Below are positions 11,428 to 23,014 of a DNA stretch of 64,000 bases, piece after piece (position 1 is the first letter of the stretch; the number at the start of each line of letters is the position of its first letter). The position numbers and the translations under genes are program-made. Origin of the DNA: Octopus sinensis (taxonomy: Eukaryota); the NCBI RefSeq assembly GCF_006345805.1, contig NC_042999.1:2790001-2854000 (forward strand), read 5' to 3'. The notes beneath the pieces were generated by a model. It worked only from the letters and a program-made list of their open reading frames with translations, was not told where the DNA came from and searched no databases.

Positions 11428-13457
11428 TCTGACGTGTTCGGACGTGTTTTTTTGGCTGCTCTAGTTGCCACGTGCTTCGACGTGAAATGTTGAATTTTTG
11501 ACTCGACTACAAGGTAGGCGTTTTGTATTTTTGGGGGCTTAGTGAATTTTATTGCTTGCATTTAATGCTTTTTAGCGGGTAATAAACTCCACTTTGCTCC
11601 AGATATATTTTTTCTGCCTGTGGTCGAGTATAAAGTCTTACTTTGTAGTGAGAATTGTGTTTTTTTGAGGAGGCATAGCCCCACCTCAAAAATTAACATG
11701 TGTAATTGCCTTTGTCTTCGGATATACCAACGGAGTACCAAGAATATTAACACAAGTGGATTACCAGTGGCCTGGAATACCTTTTTGGCCAGGAAAAAAG
11801 AAGAAAAAAAAATAATAACAATTCCTTTGCCTGGATTTGAACTCTCTTCTGCTATCTTTTATTTAAAAAAAACTTTTTTGAACTGCTGTTTCTAATTTTG
11901 TTTCTTCCCTTCTGTTCTGTTTTTTATTCTCCTTTTTTGTCTATTTATTTTTATCACGTTGAACTATTTTTTGAACTTTTGTTATGGCAAAGGAGTTAAC
12001 CATATGGGAGTTGACACCGCCGAAAAGTTATCTGAAGGAGCTGGAGGATAAGACCGTGGTTTTGAGGACTTATTCAAAGTCGCTCAACACTATCGCTGTC
12101 TTTCCGAAGGCAACCATTATTGGCGAGCTGGCAGACTACATGTCAGCCGTGAAATACATTGCATGGGGAGCCAAATACGCAACGGTTTGGTTGCTGTTTG
12201 ACTCCCCTAAAGCAGCTTGCGATTTCGCAAGCAAGTCCATTGAGGGCAAAGAGATTTTGTTTCTCCCTAGTTACAAGGGAGAAAAATTAATAAGAGCATG
12301 GATCTGCGGCCTGCCACCTGGCATTGAACCCGAGTGGATAGAAGATTCTATCCGCTGGGGTCTGGGTGGTAGTAGCGCCAAGATCCTAAACGTAAGAATA
12401 CAGCCTGCGGCTGATTAGGAGGGGTCAAAGGATACTTTGACCCTATGGACCCAGTCAGCCAAGAGTCTGGTTTTGCCGGACTTTTTGAGGATGGCCAGGT
12501 CCAAGTATCCGGTGATGCTTAAGTGACGCCCCCCCCCCAAGCGTCACCTGTGTTTGGAGACCGGCCACATTAAGAAGAACTGCCCCAGGGACCAAAGTAG
12601 GATCCTGGAGAAGTTGATATCGGAGCCTCTCCCTGCCCCACCAATAGAGGGAGAGAAACAGAATGAGGAAGCGGTGACTTCCTCAACGAGAAAACGAAAA
12701 GTGGGGAACAATGGTGACCCACTAAAAGACCCGGAAGCTACGGGAGAAAGAGTGGATCCGGCGTGTGCAACACCGGAACCTCAACCTCCCGTGGCCCACG
12801 GTAAGAAGAAAAAAAGAAAGAAGAGAAACGGAACGCCGCCAGCGGATTGTAACACGCAGACGGCGTCCCTCATGTCTCCTCCGGCGGTTGTGGGGCCGGA
12901 GAAATATTATGTAGTCCTCTTCTACAAAGGAGAAACAATAGAAAATGAAATAGGTAAAATGAGGAAGAGAAACCAATGGGAGGGACTTCGGTCCTGCATG
13001 GAGTATCCCGAGTGGCCTTCGCAGCTGGCTGCGGAGGTCCTACTCCACAACGATCGGTGCAGGTTCGCAAATTCTTTCCCGGAGGACTCCTATCAAATTA
13101 TACCTGTATGCGGGGGCCTGACGAAGAACGATTGCCTCAATAAAGCTAGAGCGTTCATCGGCCGGGTAACGTGAACCTGTTTTTGTATTATATTGAGAAA
13201 GAGGTTTATTGCCTCTGGAAAAATTTTTGAATTTGTAATTTGTAAAATTTGGAATTTTTGTGAAATTTTTGAATTTTTGTGAAATTTTGGAAATTTTGTG
13301 AAATTATTGAAAAAAGAACAATGTCTTAGAGAAGCGGAAGTCGGCGGGCGCTTGCGTCTTCTCCCATCACCATCTTCATTCGATCACCATCATTAATGTC
13401 TATGTCCAGCCCGTAGCTACTATCTGTGTACTGTCCTGGTGGCAAATTAAATAAAAT
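11428..13457 (+). mobile_element. ORF1-only non-LTR retro-insertion (HAL1-like) inside a family A SINE
   Basis: 17-bp TSD TAAGTAGCT(C/T)GCTAACC at 11411-11427 and 13458-13474; AATAAA at the 3' end; one ORF and no RT. Confidence 0.75.
11984..13174 (+). pseudogene. L1/Tx1-type ORF1 (Gag-like) protein with zinc knuckle, 396 codons, two in-frame stops
   Basis: Track ORFs 11984-12418 and 12554-13174 share one frame; stops TAG 12416-18 and TGA 12524-26; knuckle (C>R)HLCLETGHIKKNC at 12542; basic KKKKRKKR stretch. Confidence 0.65.
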
Positions 13458-13858
13458 TAAGTAGCTTGCTAACCAACCACATGGTTCCGAGTTCAGTCCC
13501 ACTGCGTGGCATCTTGGGCAAGTGTCTTCTGCTATAGCCCTGGGCTGACCAATGCCGTGTGAGTGGATTTGGTAGACGGAAACTGAAAGAAGCCCTTTGT
13601 ATATATGTATATATATATAAGTGTGTGTGTATATGTTTTTGTGTCTGTGTTTGTCCCCCTAGCATTGCTTGACAACCGATGCTGGTGTGTTTACGTCCCC
13701 GTCACTTAGCGGTTCAGCAAAGAGACTGATAGAATAAGTACTGGGCTTACAGAGAATAAGTCCCGGGGTCAATTTGGTCGACTAAACTAAAGGCGGTGCT
13801 CCAGCATGGCCGCAGTCAAATGACTGAAACAAGTAAAAGAGTAAAAGAGAGTAAAGAG
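13458..13858 (+). mobile_element. Remainder of the interrupted family A SINE (its 5' end lies at 11395-11427)
   Basis: Continues AACCACATGGTTCCGAGTTCAGTCCC exactly where the 11395-11427 head stops. Confidence 0.9.
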
Positions 13859-14179
13859 TATATATATATATATTTATTTGTTTATTTATTTATCTATATA
13901 TGTATGTATTTATAGCCAACTAGACACACGAAACTAGTTGTCTGTGAAACTGTCAAATTATCTGGGACGTTATTAATTTGAGAATTGCTAAAACAAAATA
14001 ATTTCGTAAAATACAAGAGAAATAACATGAATATAAAGATTAGAAACCTTGGATGTACCCGGAATATTCGAAGGAAGGTGGGGTGGCACCCTGAAGGCAG
14101 TAAAACAGCAAAACACAGATGAATGGCTTCCACGCAGACAGTTTGTACGAACATTATTTATCCATAATATGAGGCACAC

Positions 14180-14489
14180 AGCCACCAAAACATACACACA
14201 CACATATACACGCTTACATGCTTATACACACACACACACCATACATATGAAAAAAAACCATATATATATATATATATGTGTATGTATATAAAAACACACA
14301 TATACATACATGCATATACATACATATACATACATACATACATATATATATATATATACACATATATCATTTAACATCCGCTTTCCATGCTACGTATATA
14401 TATATACATACATACATATATATATATATATATTATATATATATATACTCATATATCATTTAACGTCCATATATACATATATATATCTA

Positions 14490-14536
<47 letters not shown>

Positions 14537-14640
14537 GTATATATATATATTATATATATATATATATATGTATATATACACACACACACACATATATATA
14601 TAGATATACATATATATATATGTGTGCGTGTGTATACATC
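14180..14640. repeat. (TA)n/(CATA)n microsatellite with tiny RTE-tail remnants
   Basis: Direct reading; TCATTTAACATCCGCTTTCCATGCTA at about 14366. Confidence 0.9.
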
Positions 14641-15519
14641 AAACAAAGAAAGAGAGAATATATAGACGCTCATAAAACAAGTGTTTAAAAAGAAAGATAC
14701 AGACTTCACAGAGTTTGATTATGTTGCAATCTCTTTGAAAATATTCTGGTAGAGAAATGTTTGTTCTGACGCTAATGATTAGAAGAGTGGACCACCAGTA
14801 TCACTGTCGTCATCATCATCGTCATTGACTACCACCGCACATCATCATCATCGTCATCATCATTGTTGTCATGGCCATCGTGATCATCATCATTGTCATC
14901 ATAGTTATCATTTTCATCAACATTTTCATCAGCAACAGCAGCAGCCATTCAAGAATTTGGACCTGGAGATCTCAATTTCCAGCGACTTCGAGGGCCACCT
15001 CGCAGTGGTGTCGGGCGTCAACGAAGAGCCCCTCGACTACAACAAGACGACCAAAGTTTTTTCTCTTCCAAGGTCTGGAGTCCCCCACCCCTAAGCCCTA
15101 GACCATCACCTAATCACTCTTACCCATCCTGATTCTTAACAACAACAACAACAGCCGCAGCAGCAAGACCATCACCACCACCACACCATCATCATCAGCC
15201 TCATTGTCATCATCGTCTTTGTTATTGTCAACGTCATCACTTTCTTCATCATCACCTTCTTCATCATCATCATCATCATCACTGCTCTCATCATTGTCAT
15301 TACCATCATCGTTTTAGAATCCACATTTTCATCCTTGCATGTGTCAGAGAGAATTTACTGAGGCAGATTACCTACAGCTGGGATGCTCATCCTGTCAACA
15401 ACCCTTAAACATTTTCCCCAAGGCTGGACATGTTTTCACAGAAGAATGGAAATAAATCATACTGCTTGTGTGACAGTGACAATCATTTTTCAACCAGTAC
15501 CCCCTGACTGGCCCACATG

Positions 15520-15715
15520 CCGGTGGCATGTAAAAAGCACCCACTACACTCTTGGAATGGTTGGTGTTAGGAAGGACATCCACCTGTAGAAACTCTGCCA
15601 GATCAAGATTGGAGCCTGGTGCAGCCATCTGGTTTGCCAGACTTCAGTCAAATCATCCAACCCATGCTAGCATGGAAAGCGGACGTTAAACGACGATGAT
15701 GATGATGATGATGAC
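15520..15715 (+). mobile_element. 5'-truncated RTE 3' UTR copy with (GAT)n tail
   Basis: Matches 59280-59470. Confidence 0.85.
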
Positions 15716-16131
15716 CACGAAGTCAAGTCAAGGAGACACAAACAGCATAACACAAGCAAATTTTGGTCCATCTTATATCTTCGAAAGGTAGCCATATACT
15801 TCTTTGCTACCAAGATGCCTGTCCATGCCCTTCTATCATAATTTAGCCCCTAAATACCTGGCATAAGACCACCTTCACCTCTCTTCCATATGCCTCCATT
15901 CATTTGATAGGGCAGTTTTTTTCCCCTTGTCTTGAAAGTTGCTAAATGACCACGCTAGTGCTAGTGTTACGAAAAAAGCACCCAGTAAATATTGTGAAGT
16001 GGTTGGTTTTAGGAAGGGCATCCAACCATGGAAACCCTACCAAAGCAGACATTGGAACTCGGCACGTTCCTGCAGCATATCAGATCCTGTCAAATCGTCC
16101 AACCCAAGCCAATATGAAAAACTGACATCAC

Positions 16132-16173
<42 letters not shown>

Positions 16174-16230
16174 ATGATGATGATGATGATTTGTAACTTT
16201 GTTCAAAGTCACAAATTTTAATTGGAATCA

Positions 16231-16490
16231 AACTCAGAATCTTGGGGTTAGTAGCTTATGCTCTGAACCACTATGCTCATGGGCATATCGCATAGTGGTT
16301 AAGAGCGTGGGCTACTAACGCCGAGATTCTGAGTTCAATAATAACCTCTAAAAATACCTTAGGAATGAGACCCCAGGTTTGAAATTTCCCCAAGACACCT
16401 GATGAAGGCTGTAGGGTATATCAGCCGAAACGTTGTGTTAACAACAAACAAGATGAGGACAAATATCCATCAAATGTAAATAATGTATAG
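16231..16490 (+). mobile_element. SINE-like element: inverted head copy, tRNA-like head, then hammerhead-containing tail
   Basis: 46-bp inverted repeat 16231-16276 / 16290-16335; A-box-like TCGCATAGTGG and GAGTTC B-box start; hammerhead at 16394-16439. Confidence 0.65.
16394..16439 (+). ncRNA. Minimal type I hammerhead ribozyme motif
   Basis: GACAC-CUGAUGA-A-GGCUG(10 nt)CAGCC-GAAA-C-GUU-GUGUU; palindromic AACGUU stem III; stem I GACAC/GUGUU. Confidence 0.75.
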
Positions 16491-16779
16491 AAACATTTCT
16501 TATGGCAGCAGCAGACAAAATGGAAAAGGTGTTGCCCTGGAGGATAGTGAGGGAGATGCACTGAAATAGCCAGTCTGACTTATGGAGCTTACACTTGCAG
16601 ACAACCATCTCTGCTCCGATAGCGGTGAGAGATATGATCTGGAGAGGCAAGAATGTCGGCAGTCTCATCTGCTACGGGCTATACTTACTAACTTACTATA
16701 ATAATATTAATTTCAGTTTTTGACACAAGGCCAGCAATTTTGTGGGGTGGAAACATCGATTATACCAACCTCAGAATTG

Positions 16780-16980
16780 AAATTAGAACTGAGATGAGGG
16801 TAGAACTTGCTCAGAAGAGTGATCTATTGGGAACAGCGAGGATTTTGAGATTGGTGCGTGGGTGTTGAGTGTCGTGGATAGAGATTCTGTGAAATGTTTG
16901 GAAACAAGTCACTGTCCGCTCTTAATTAACTAGAATTAACCAGAGAAAGTAAAATCAAAAGCTTTAAGAAGTAAAATGGA

Positions 16981-17026
<46 letters not shown>

Positions 17027-17046
17027 TCAGTGATGATAATAATAAT
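16780..17046 (+). mobile_element. 3' end of an R4/Dong-like LINE with (TAA)n tail
   Basis: EIRTEMRVELAQKSDLLGTARILRLV resembles the R4 C-terminus; TAA tract at 16980-17046. Confidence 0.6.
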
Positions 17047-17049
17047 ATT

Positions 17050-20000
17050 GAAAAGAAGCCTTTGGAATCTCCCCATGTCCTGATTGATGATACATCTATT
17101 GATGGTGTCACAATAAAAACACTGTTAATTGTGCAACCTGATAATCGCTACATCCTATAAGTGACAAAGAAAAAGCAAAATATTGTGAATAACAATGGAA
17201 ATGAAACTGAAGCCCTTGGTGGTGACAGTGTTGCACCTGGCAGGCTCAGAGATACTGGTCTGACTCCAGCCTGTCGTTATCCAGCAACAGACCAGCACAC
17301 ATGTCGTAGATAGAACAAAAAAGTCAATGCTGTGGTCATGGAGTGTTACTATCTGAGCAACCCTGTAGATGAAAATGGTGTTCATATTAGGGGTTACTGA
17401 CAACGTATGTATGATCAATGGAGAGAAAGATGATTGTTTCAGCTCGCAGAACAGAGATTATATGATCAAGGTAGAGCAATAAGAAAAAATTGCTGGTTCA
17501 CAGAAGTAGATCTTGAAGCTATCAAAAGATGGGTATTGGAAAACAGCAGCAGAGGAAACGATGATAATACAATTCCTACTGATAAAAGTAATCTCATAGC
17601 AGAAAACAGAGGTGAGATCTCTAATAAACCACTGGAAAGGAACAGTGATAGGTTTTTCAATGAGAAACATATAGATGGTTTGGAGGAAGACAATAAAACT
17701 AATAATGACACGGCAGACAAGCAAAAGGCAATCTGTGAAAGAATAAAGGCAGGTTACAGGAGAACAATAGCAACATTATTTGCAAACTTAAAAAGGTTGA
17801 TCAGTGGAAACTGAACCATGAAACGAAATATGTGAATGAAATTCTGAAATACATAGAATAAAAAAATATCACAGAAACAAATAAGTTGATCAAGGCAGCA
17901 AGTATTGTTGTAGCAGGAAATGTGGGTGTTGATGTCAAGAGAAAGAAATATAATGGGAGTGACAAAAGAAAAGATCCATGGTGGAAACGAAGGATCCAGG
18001 CAGGGTTAGATATGCTCTCGAAGGACATTTCTGTGTTGGGCCAAAAAGAGAAGGGGGAGCTTAAAACTCTTTTTTTACTCTTTTACTTGTTTCAGTCATT
18101 TGACTGCGGCCATGCTGGAGCACTGCTTTTAATCGAGCAACTCGACCCCAGGACTTATTCTTTGTAAGCCCAGTACTTATTCTATCGGTCTCTTTTGCCG
18201 AACCGCTAAGTGACGGGGACGTAAACACACCAGCATCGGTTGTCAAGCAATGCTAGGGGGACAAACACAGACACACAAACACACACACATACACATATAT
18301 ATATATACATATATCCGACAGGCTTCTTTCAGTTTCCGTCTACCAAATCCACTCACAAGGCCTTGTTTGGCCCAGGGCTATAGCAGAAGACACTTGCCCA
18401 AGATGCCATGCAGTGGGACTGAACCCGGAACCATGAGGTTGGTTAGCAAGCTACTTACCACACAGCCACTCCTGCGCCTAAAAGTGGACAAAAATTTAGG
18501 ACACTGAACAGGAAGTATGATATTGAAAAAAAGAGCCTCAAAATGGTAATTGAGGAACTGAAACAGCGCCTCATCGCAAAGATGGTAAAATACGACCAAA
18601 GAATGAAGGGTTACCAACAGAATAGGTTATTCGGAGTAGATCAGAAGAGATTCTATAAAGAAATAAAGGAAGAGTGTACATATGAAAAGTTGATACCAGA
18701 TAACATCGAAAGTTAAAGATGTTGGAGTGACATGTGGAGCAAAGACAAGGAACAACAAGAAGGATCCTGAATGGTCGCAAGAACTGAAACAAGCAGTGGT
18801 CTGTTCAAAACAGGCAGAACTAGTTATTTCAGTTAGGGAAGTGAAGGAAATCAGCAAAAAAATGGGCAACTGGAAAGCCCCGGGACAAGATGGAGTTCAT
18901 GGCTACTGGACCAAAAGATTTGGTGAATGTCATGCACAAATAACTGCATAACTCAACACCTTGTTAAATGCTGACAACCAACACCAGATTGGTTGACATT
19001 GGGTAGGACAGTGCTGTGCCTGAAAAACATTTAAAAAGTAATACGGTAGAAAATTACAGGCCGATATCCTGCTTGCCACTTATGTGGAAATTATTGATTG
19101 GAATAGTTGCAGAGTCAATGTACAGACACCTGAAAAAAAATGGAGTCTTGCACATGAGTAGAAGGGTTGCAAGCGTAAGTGCAGAGGTACCAAGGATCAA
19201 CTCCTGAATAGTATAAAACTGTACTTAGAGACTGCAAGAGAAGAAAAAGTAACTTAACCATGTCATGGATCAACTATCGTAAGGCATACGATATGATCCC
19301 ACAATTTTGGATTATGGAATGTATGAACCGATTTGGTATTGCATCAAATGTTAGTGATTGCTTGGAAAAAGTATGGTGAATTGGAGGACAGAACTGATAG
19401 CATATGGATGAAGTTTAAGGACAATAGAAATCAGGAGGCATCTTCAAAGGGGACTGCCTGTCCCCACTGATCTTTGTACTGTGCATGATACCATTAACAC
19501 TGATTCTGAGGAAAGCAAAGGCTGGATATGTATTCAAGAGCCACCAACAAAAAGTCAACTACTTGTTATTCATGGATGACCTCAAACTTTATGGTAAAGA
19601 TAAATTCCAAGTCAGTTCCCTCATTGATACGTATATCTTCAGTGCTAATATCAGAATGGAGTTTGGACTGAGAAAGTTTGGTGTGTTAGTCTTGAAGAGA
19701 GGTAAAATCAGATGTATGGACGGCCAGCTGACAACAAGGTATGCAATAAGGAATAATGAAAAGTCAATAGATATGAGAAGTTAGCTTGGGAAGTTAAGCA
19801 GTTGTGGTCGATGAAAAAGGTGGTAGTAGTACCAATAATTGTTGGAGCCCTGGGAACTGTGAGTAAAAATCTCGAGAAGTACATGGAACAAATAAAAGCT
19901 GCAATAAGGGTGGAGCAGTTGTAGAAAACAACACTGCTTGGAACTGCTTGAATACTCCGGATGGTTCTTGAAAAATAAGGGGTGTTATCTTAGTTCAGTG

Positions 20001-20085
20001 GTAGGGAACAGTTGACACCGTAGTACATCTCCAGCATTAGAAGCTGTGCAAAGACAATAATAATAATAATAATAATGATAATAAT
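17050..20085 (+). mobile_element. Decayed R4/Dong-clade LINE (N-terminal domain, RT, internal deletion, REL end, TAA tail), interrupted by a SINE
   Basis: VMECYYLSNP..GY.QRMYDQW..EQRL.DQ; YRPISCLP (about 19054); YRKAYDMIP; GDCLSPLIF; LFMDDL (about 19570); VVPIIVGALGTV..TLLGTA; (TAA)n from 20056. Confidence 0.85.
18066..18478 (-). mobile_element. SINE family A inserted in the R4/Dong LINE
   Basis: Near-identical to 5864-6267; the LINE reading KGELK..GQKFRTLNRKY resumes after it. Confidence 0.9.
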
Positions 20086-20300
20086 GGTTTCAAATTTTAG
20101 CACAAGGCCAGCAATTTAGGGGGTGGGATAAGTCAATTATATGGACCCCAGTACATGATTGGCACTTGCTTTATCGACCCTGAAAGGGTGAAAAGCAAAG
20201 TAGACTTCAATGGAATTTGAACTCAGAATATAAAAACGGATTAAATACCGAGGAGCATTTTGCCCGGCGTACTAGCGATTCTGCCAGCTTGCCGCCTTAA
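20085..20300 (-). mobile_element. SINE family B
   Basis: Reverse complement of the family B head and core. Confidence 0.8.
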
Positions 20301-20834
20301 CACTTAACAATAATAATAATATGGAGATGATGACGACGACAACAGCAAAGATGATGGTGGTGGTGGTGGTGGTAGTGGTGACGATGTGGTTGATCAACAG
20401 AAAACAAAAAAAAACACAACAATAGCAATGATTATTACAATTGTGATAATGGTTTCTTAATTAGACACATAGGTGTGAGTGGCACACAACAATGCCAATA
20501 TGAGTGGTACTCTCTGACAGAAGCATTATAAATATTTTATTAGGCCAGATGCCAACTCCCAAAGCAGTCTTGTATCTCATTCCATATTCCATGACATTCT
20601 GCAATATCCTGTTTCACATGATCTGTAATACAAGACTCCACCTCATCTACATGACTCCATTTTGTCTCCCCCTGGTTTTCAGGTTACGGATATGCAAACA
20701 GTCTGAAATTTTTTTGAACTAATGACATCGATGTTATCTTCGAAAGTTTCAAGTTAAAAATATGGTGTATGTGTGTGTATGTGTACAAATATGTGTGGGT
20801 GTGCACGTGAATATGTATGTATGTAGGTATGTGG

Positions 20835-21062
20835 GTGCGCTGGCAGAAATGTTAGCATGCCGGACAAAATGCTTAGCAGTATTTCGTCTGCCGCTACGTT
20901 CTGAGTTCAAATTCCGCCGAGGTCGACTTTGCCTTTCATCCTTTCGGGGTCGATAAATTAAGTACCATTTACGCACTGGGGTCGATATAACCGACTTTAT
21001 CCGTTTGTCTGTCCTAGTTTGGCCTCTCTGTGTTTAGCCCCTTGTGGGTAAGTAAAGAAATA
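20835..21062 (+). mobile_element. SINE family B
   Basis: Near-identical to 4660-4880. Confidence 0.85.
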
Positions 21063-21558
21063 TATATATTCTTTTGTTCTTTTACTTGTTTCGGTCATTT
21101 AGCTGCAACCATGTTAGGGCACCACCTTGAAGGATTTTAGTAGAACAAATCGAGCCCAGGACATTCTATCGGTCACTTTTGCCGAACTGCTAGATTACAG
21201 GGATATAAACATACCAACACCAATGGGGGAACAAATACACACACACACACACAGAGATATAGATATATACATGCACACACACGACGGGCTTCTTTCAGTT
21301 TCTGTCTACTAAATCCACTCACAGGGCTTTGGTCAGCCCGAGGCTATAGTAGAAGACACTTGGTCAAGGTGCCATGCAGTAGGACAGAACCTGGAACCAT
21401 GTCAAAGGGATCATACAGCACCGTGAAATGAGTTGTTTCGCTCAAGAACATAATGCACTGCAATTGAAACCACTTTAGATATATAGTTGTGAATGCAACA
21501 CTCAAGGTACTAGACCCACGCCTCTCTCTCCCTCTCTCTCTCTCACTATATATATATA

Positions 21559-22071
21559 TCTATATATATAAAACTCTAGTTGTGTGAGTGTCTGTCCCCT
21601 TCGATTTAGATTCCTAACTCCTCCCACATTTTGCGGTGCAGTTTAACCAAATTCGGGTATCTTATAGTCGTGATTCATATCGAGCCCGTCTGACTATTAG
21701 CGCGCGTCAACGATGAGTCTACGATTTTAAAAATAATTTAACATCATTTTTTATTCCATTTTAATGCATAAAATGCATCCTGTGTCGATGGCGGCGGAGT
21801 TGGCGTCCACGCTCACAGCTGCACCTGTTTGCTTCTCCCCCTTCCCTCCCTCGTGAAGCTGTGGGGAAGGGAGTGTAAAGAAATCAACGTCGTAATGCGT
21901 TGTGAAGGAAACCAGCGTTCTTTTAGAACAACGACTTCATGGCTTGAAGACACCAAAACAAAAATGGCTAAGAAAGCCCGAATTGGCATCTATAAGGGAA
22001 GTAACTCTCTAAAAAGGCTTATATAGTTATTTCCCTTACAAACCCGAGCAACGCCGGGGCGATACTGCTAG
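21559..22071 (+). mobile_element. Non-autonomous Helitron-type element
   Basis: A|TC 5' end; subterminal hairpin CCCG-AGCAACGC-CGGG; CTAG|T 3' end; 3' terminus shared with 55211-55603. Confidence 0.8.
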
Positions 22072-22131
22072 TATATATATATATATAAGAAAAAATTTTG
22101 TATGCAAATATGCTGAAAAACAGACCTTAGG

Positions 22132-22519
22132 ACGTCTAACCACATTCAATATTTTTCACTATAAATACAAAGCATGCTGAATTGAGGAAAGCATGCTAAG
22201 AGAAATTTTTTATAAATTCGTTATTCCCAAATGGGACCAATTTCTGGATTAATCCACAAGGATTGCAGAATTTCTGTTTGGATATATTTGGGGTACTTAA
22301 ATGTACACATGATTTTGCATCTGCTTTTTCGTGGGTATATGTAACTTTTCCATTTATTCTAATCGTGTTTCTCGCTGAAGAAGGAAGAATCCTTTCGGAT
22401 TAATCCAGAAATTGGTCCCATTCAGGAATAACAATTAAAAAAAAAATTCTGCTATCTTGCTTTCCTCATTTCAGCATTCTGTGTATTTATAGTGAAAAAT
22501 ATTTTATGTGGTTAGATGT
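22132..22519. repeat. Fold-back/MITE-like element with ~132-bp imperfect inverted arms
   Basis: Arms 22132-22264 / 22388-22519, including a perfect AATGGGACCAATTTCTGGATTAATCC match. Confidence 0.75.
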
Positions 22520-22524
22520 TTTAA

Positions 22525-22744
22525 CCCTTTTGTTACCGTGTTTATTTTGAGATGCTCTGTGTTTCTTTCAATTATTTTAAATGTAACAAAGAATTTAGTA
22601 AAATAACTTTGTTATCATTAAGCTAGTGTTAGGAACATAAATTGGGACTCAGGTTTGGTAGAAGATTTTAATTCAAAACTTTTGAAAACAAGACATTTAT
22701 ACTCAGAACCAGAGCTGGTTTCAGCCGGGTTGGTAACGAAAGGG
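22525..22744. mobile_element. piggyBac-type MITE
   Basis: TTAA|CCCTTTTGTTACC ... GGTAACGAAAGGG; the right-hand TTAA is degenerate. Confidence 0.65.
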
Positions 22745-23014
22745 TTTGGTCTATGTTTCAGCAAATTGGCATAGAATTTTTTTTCTTTTCCCATAATTAT
22801 AATTGTTTATATTTTCACCTTGAAAACTATTTTAATAAGCTGGCCATTGATAAAATGTATTTAAAAAATTTTATATTTACATTAGAAGTATATATATATA
22901 TTGCCTTGGTCAAAAGTATTAGGCCACCCCAATGTTTTTGGGTTCTGCAATCTCAATGTTAATGAAACTCATGCACATGGTAGATTATGGTATATTTCAC
23001 AATATACATTAGTT

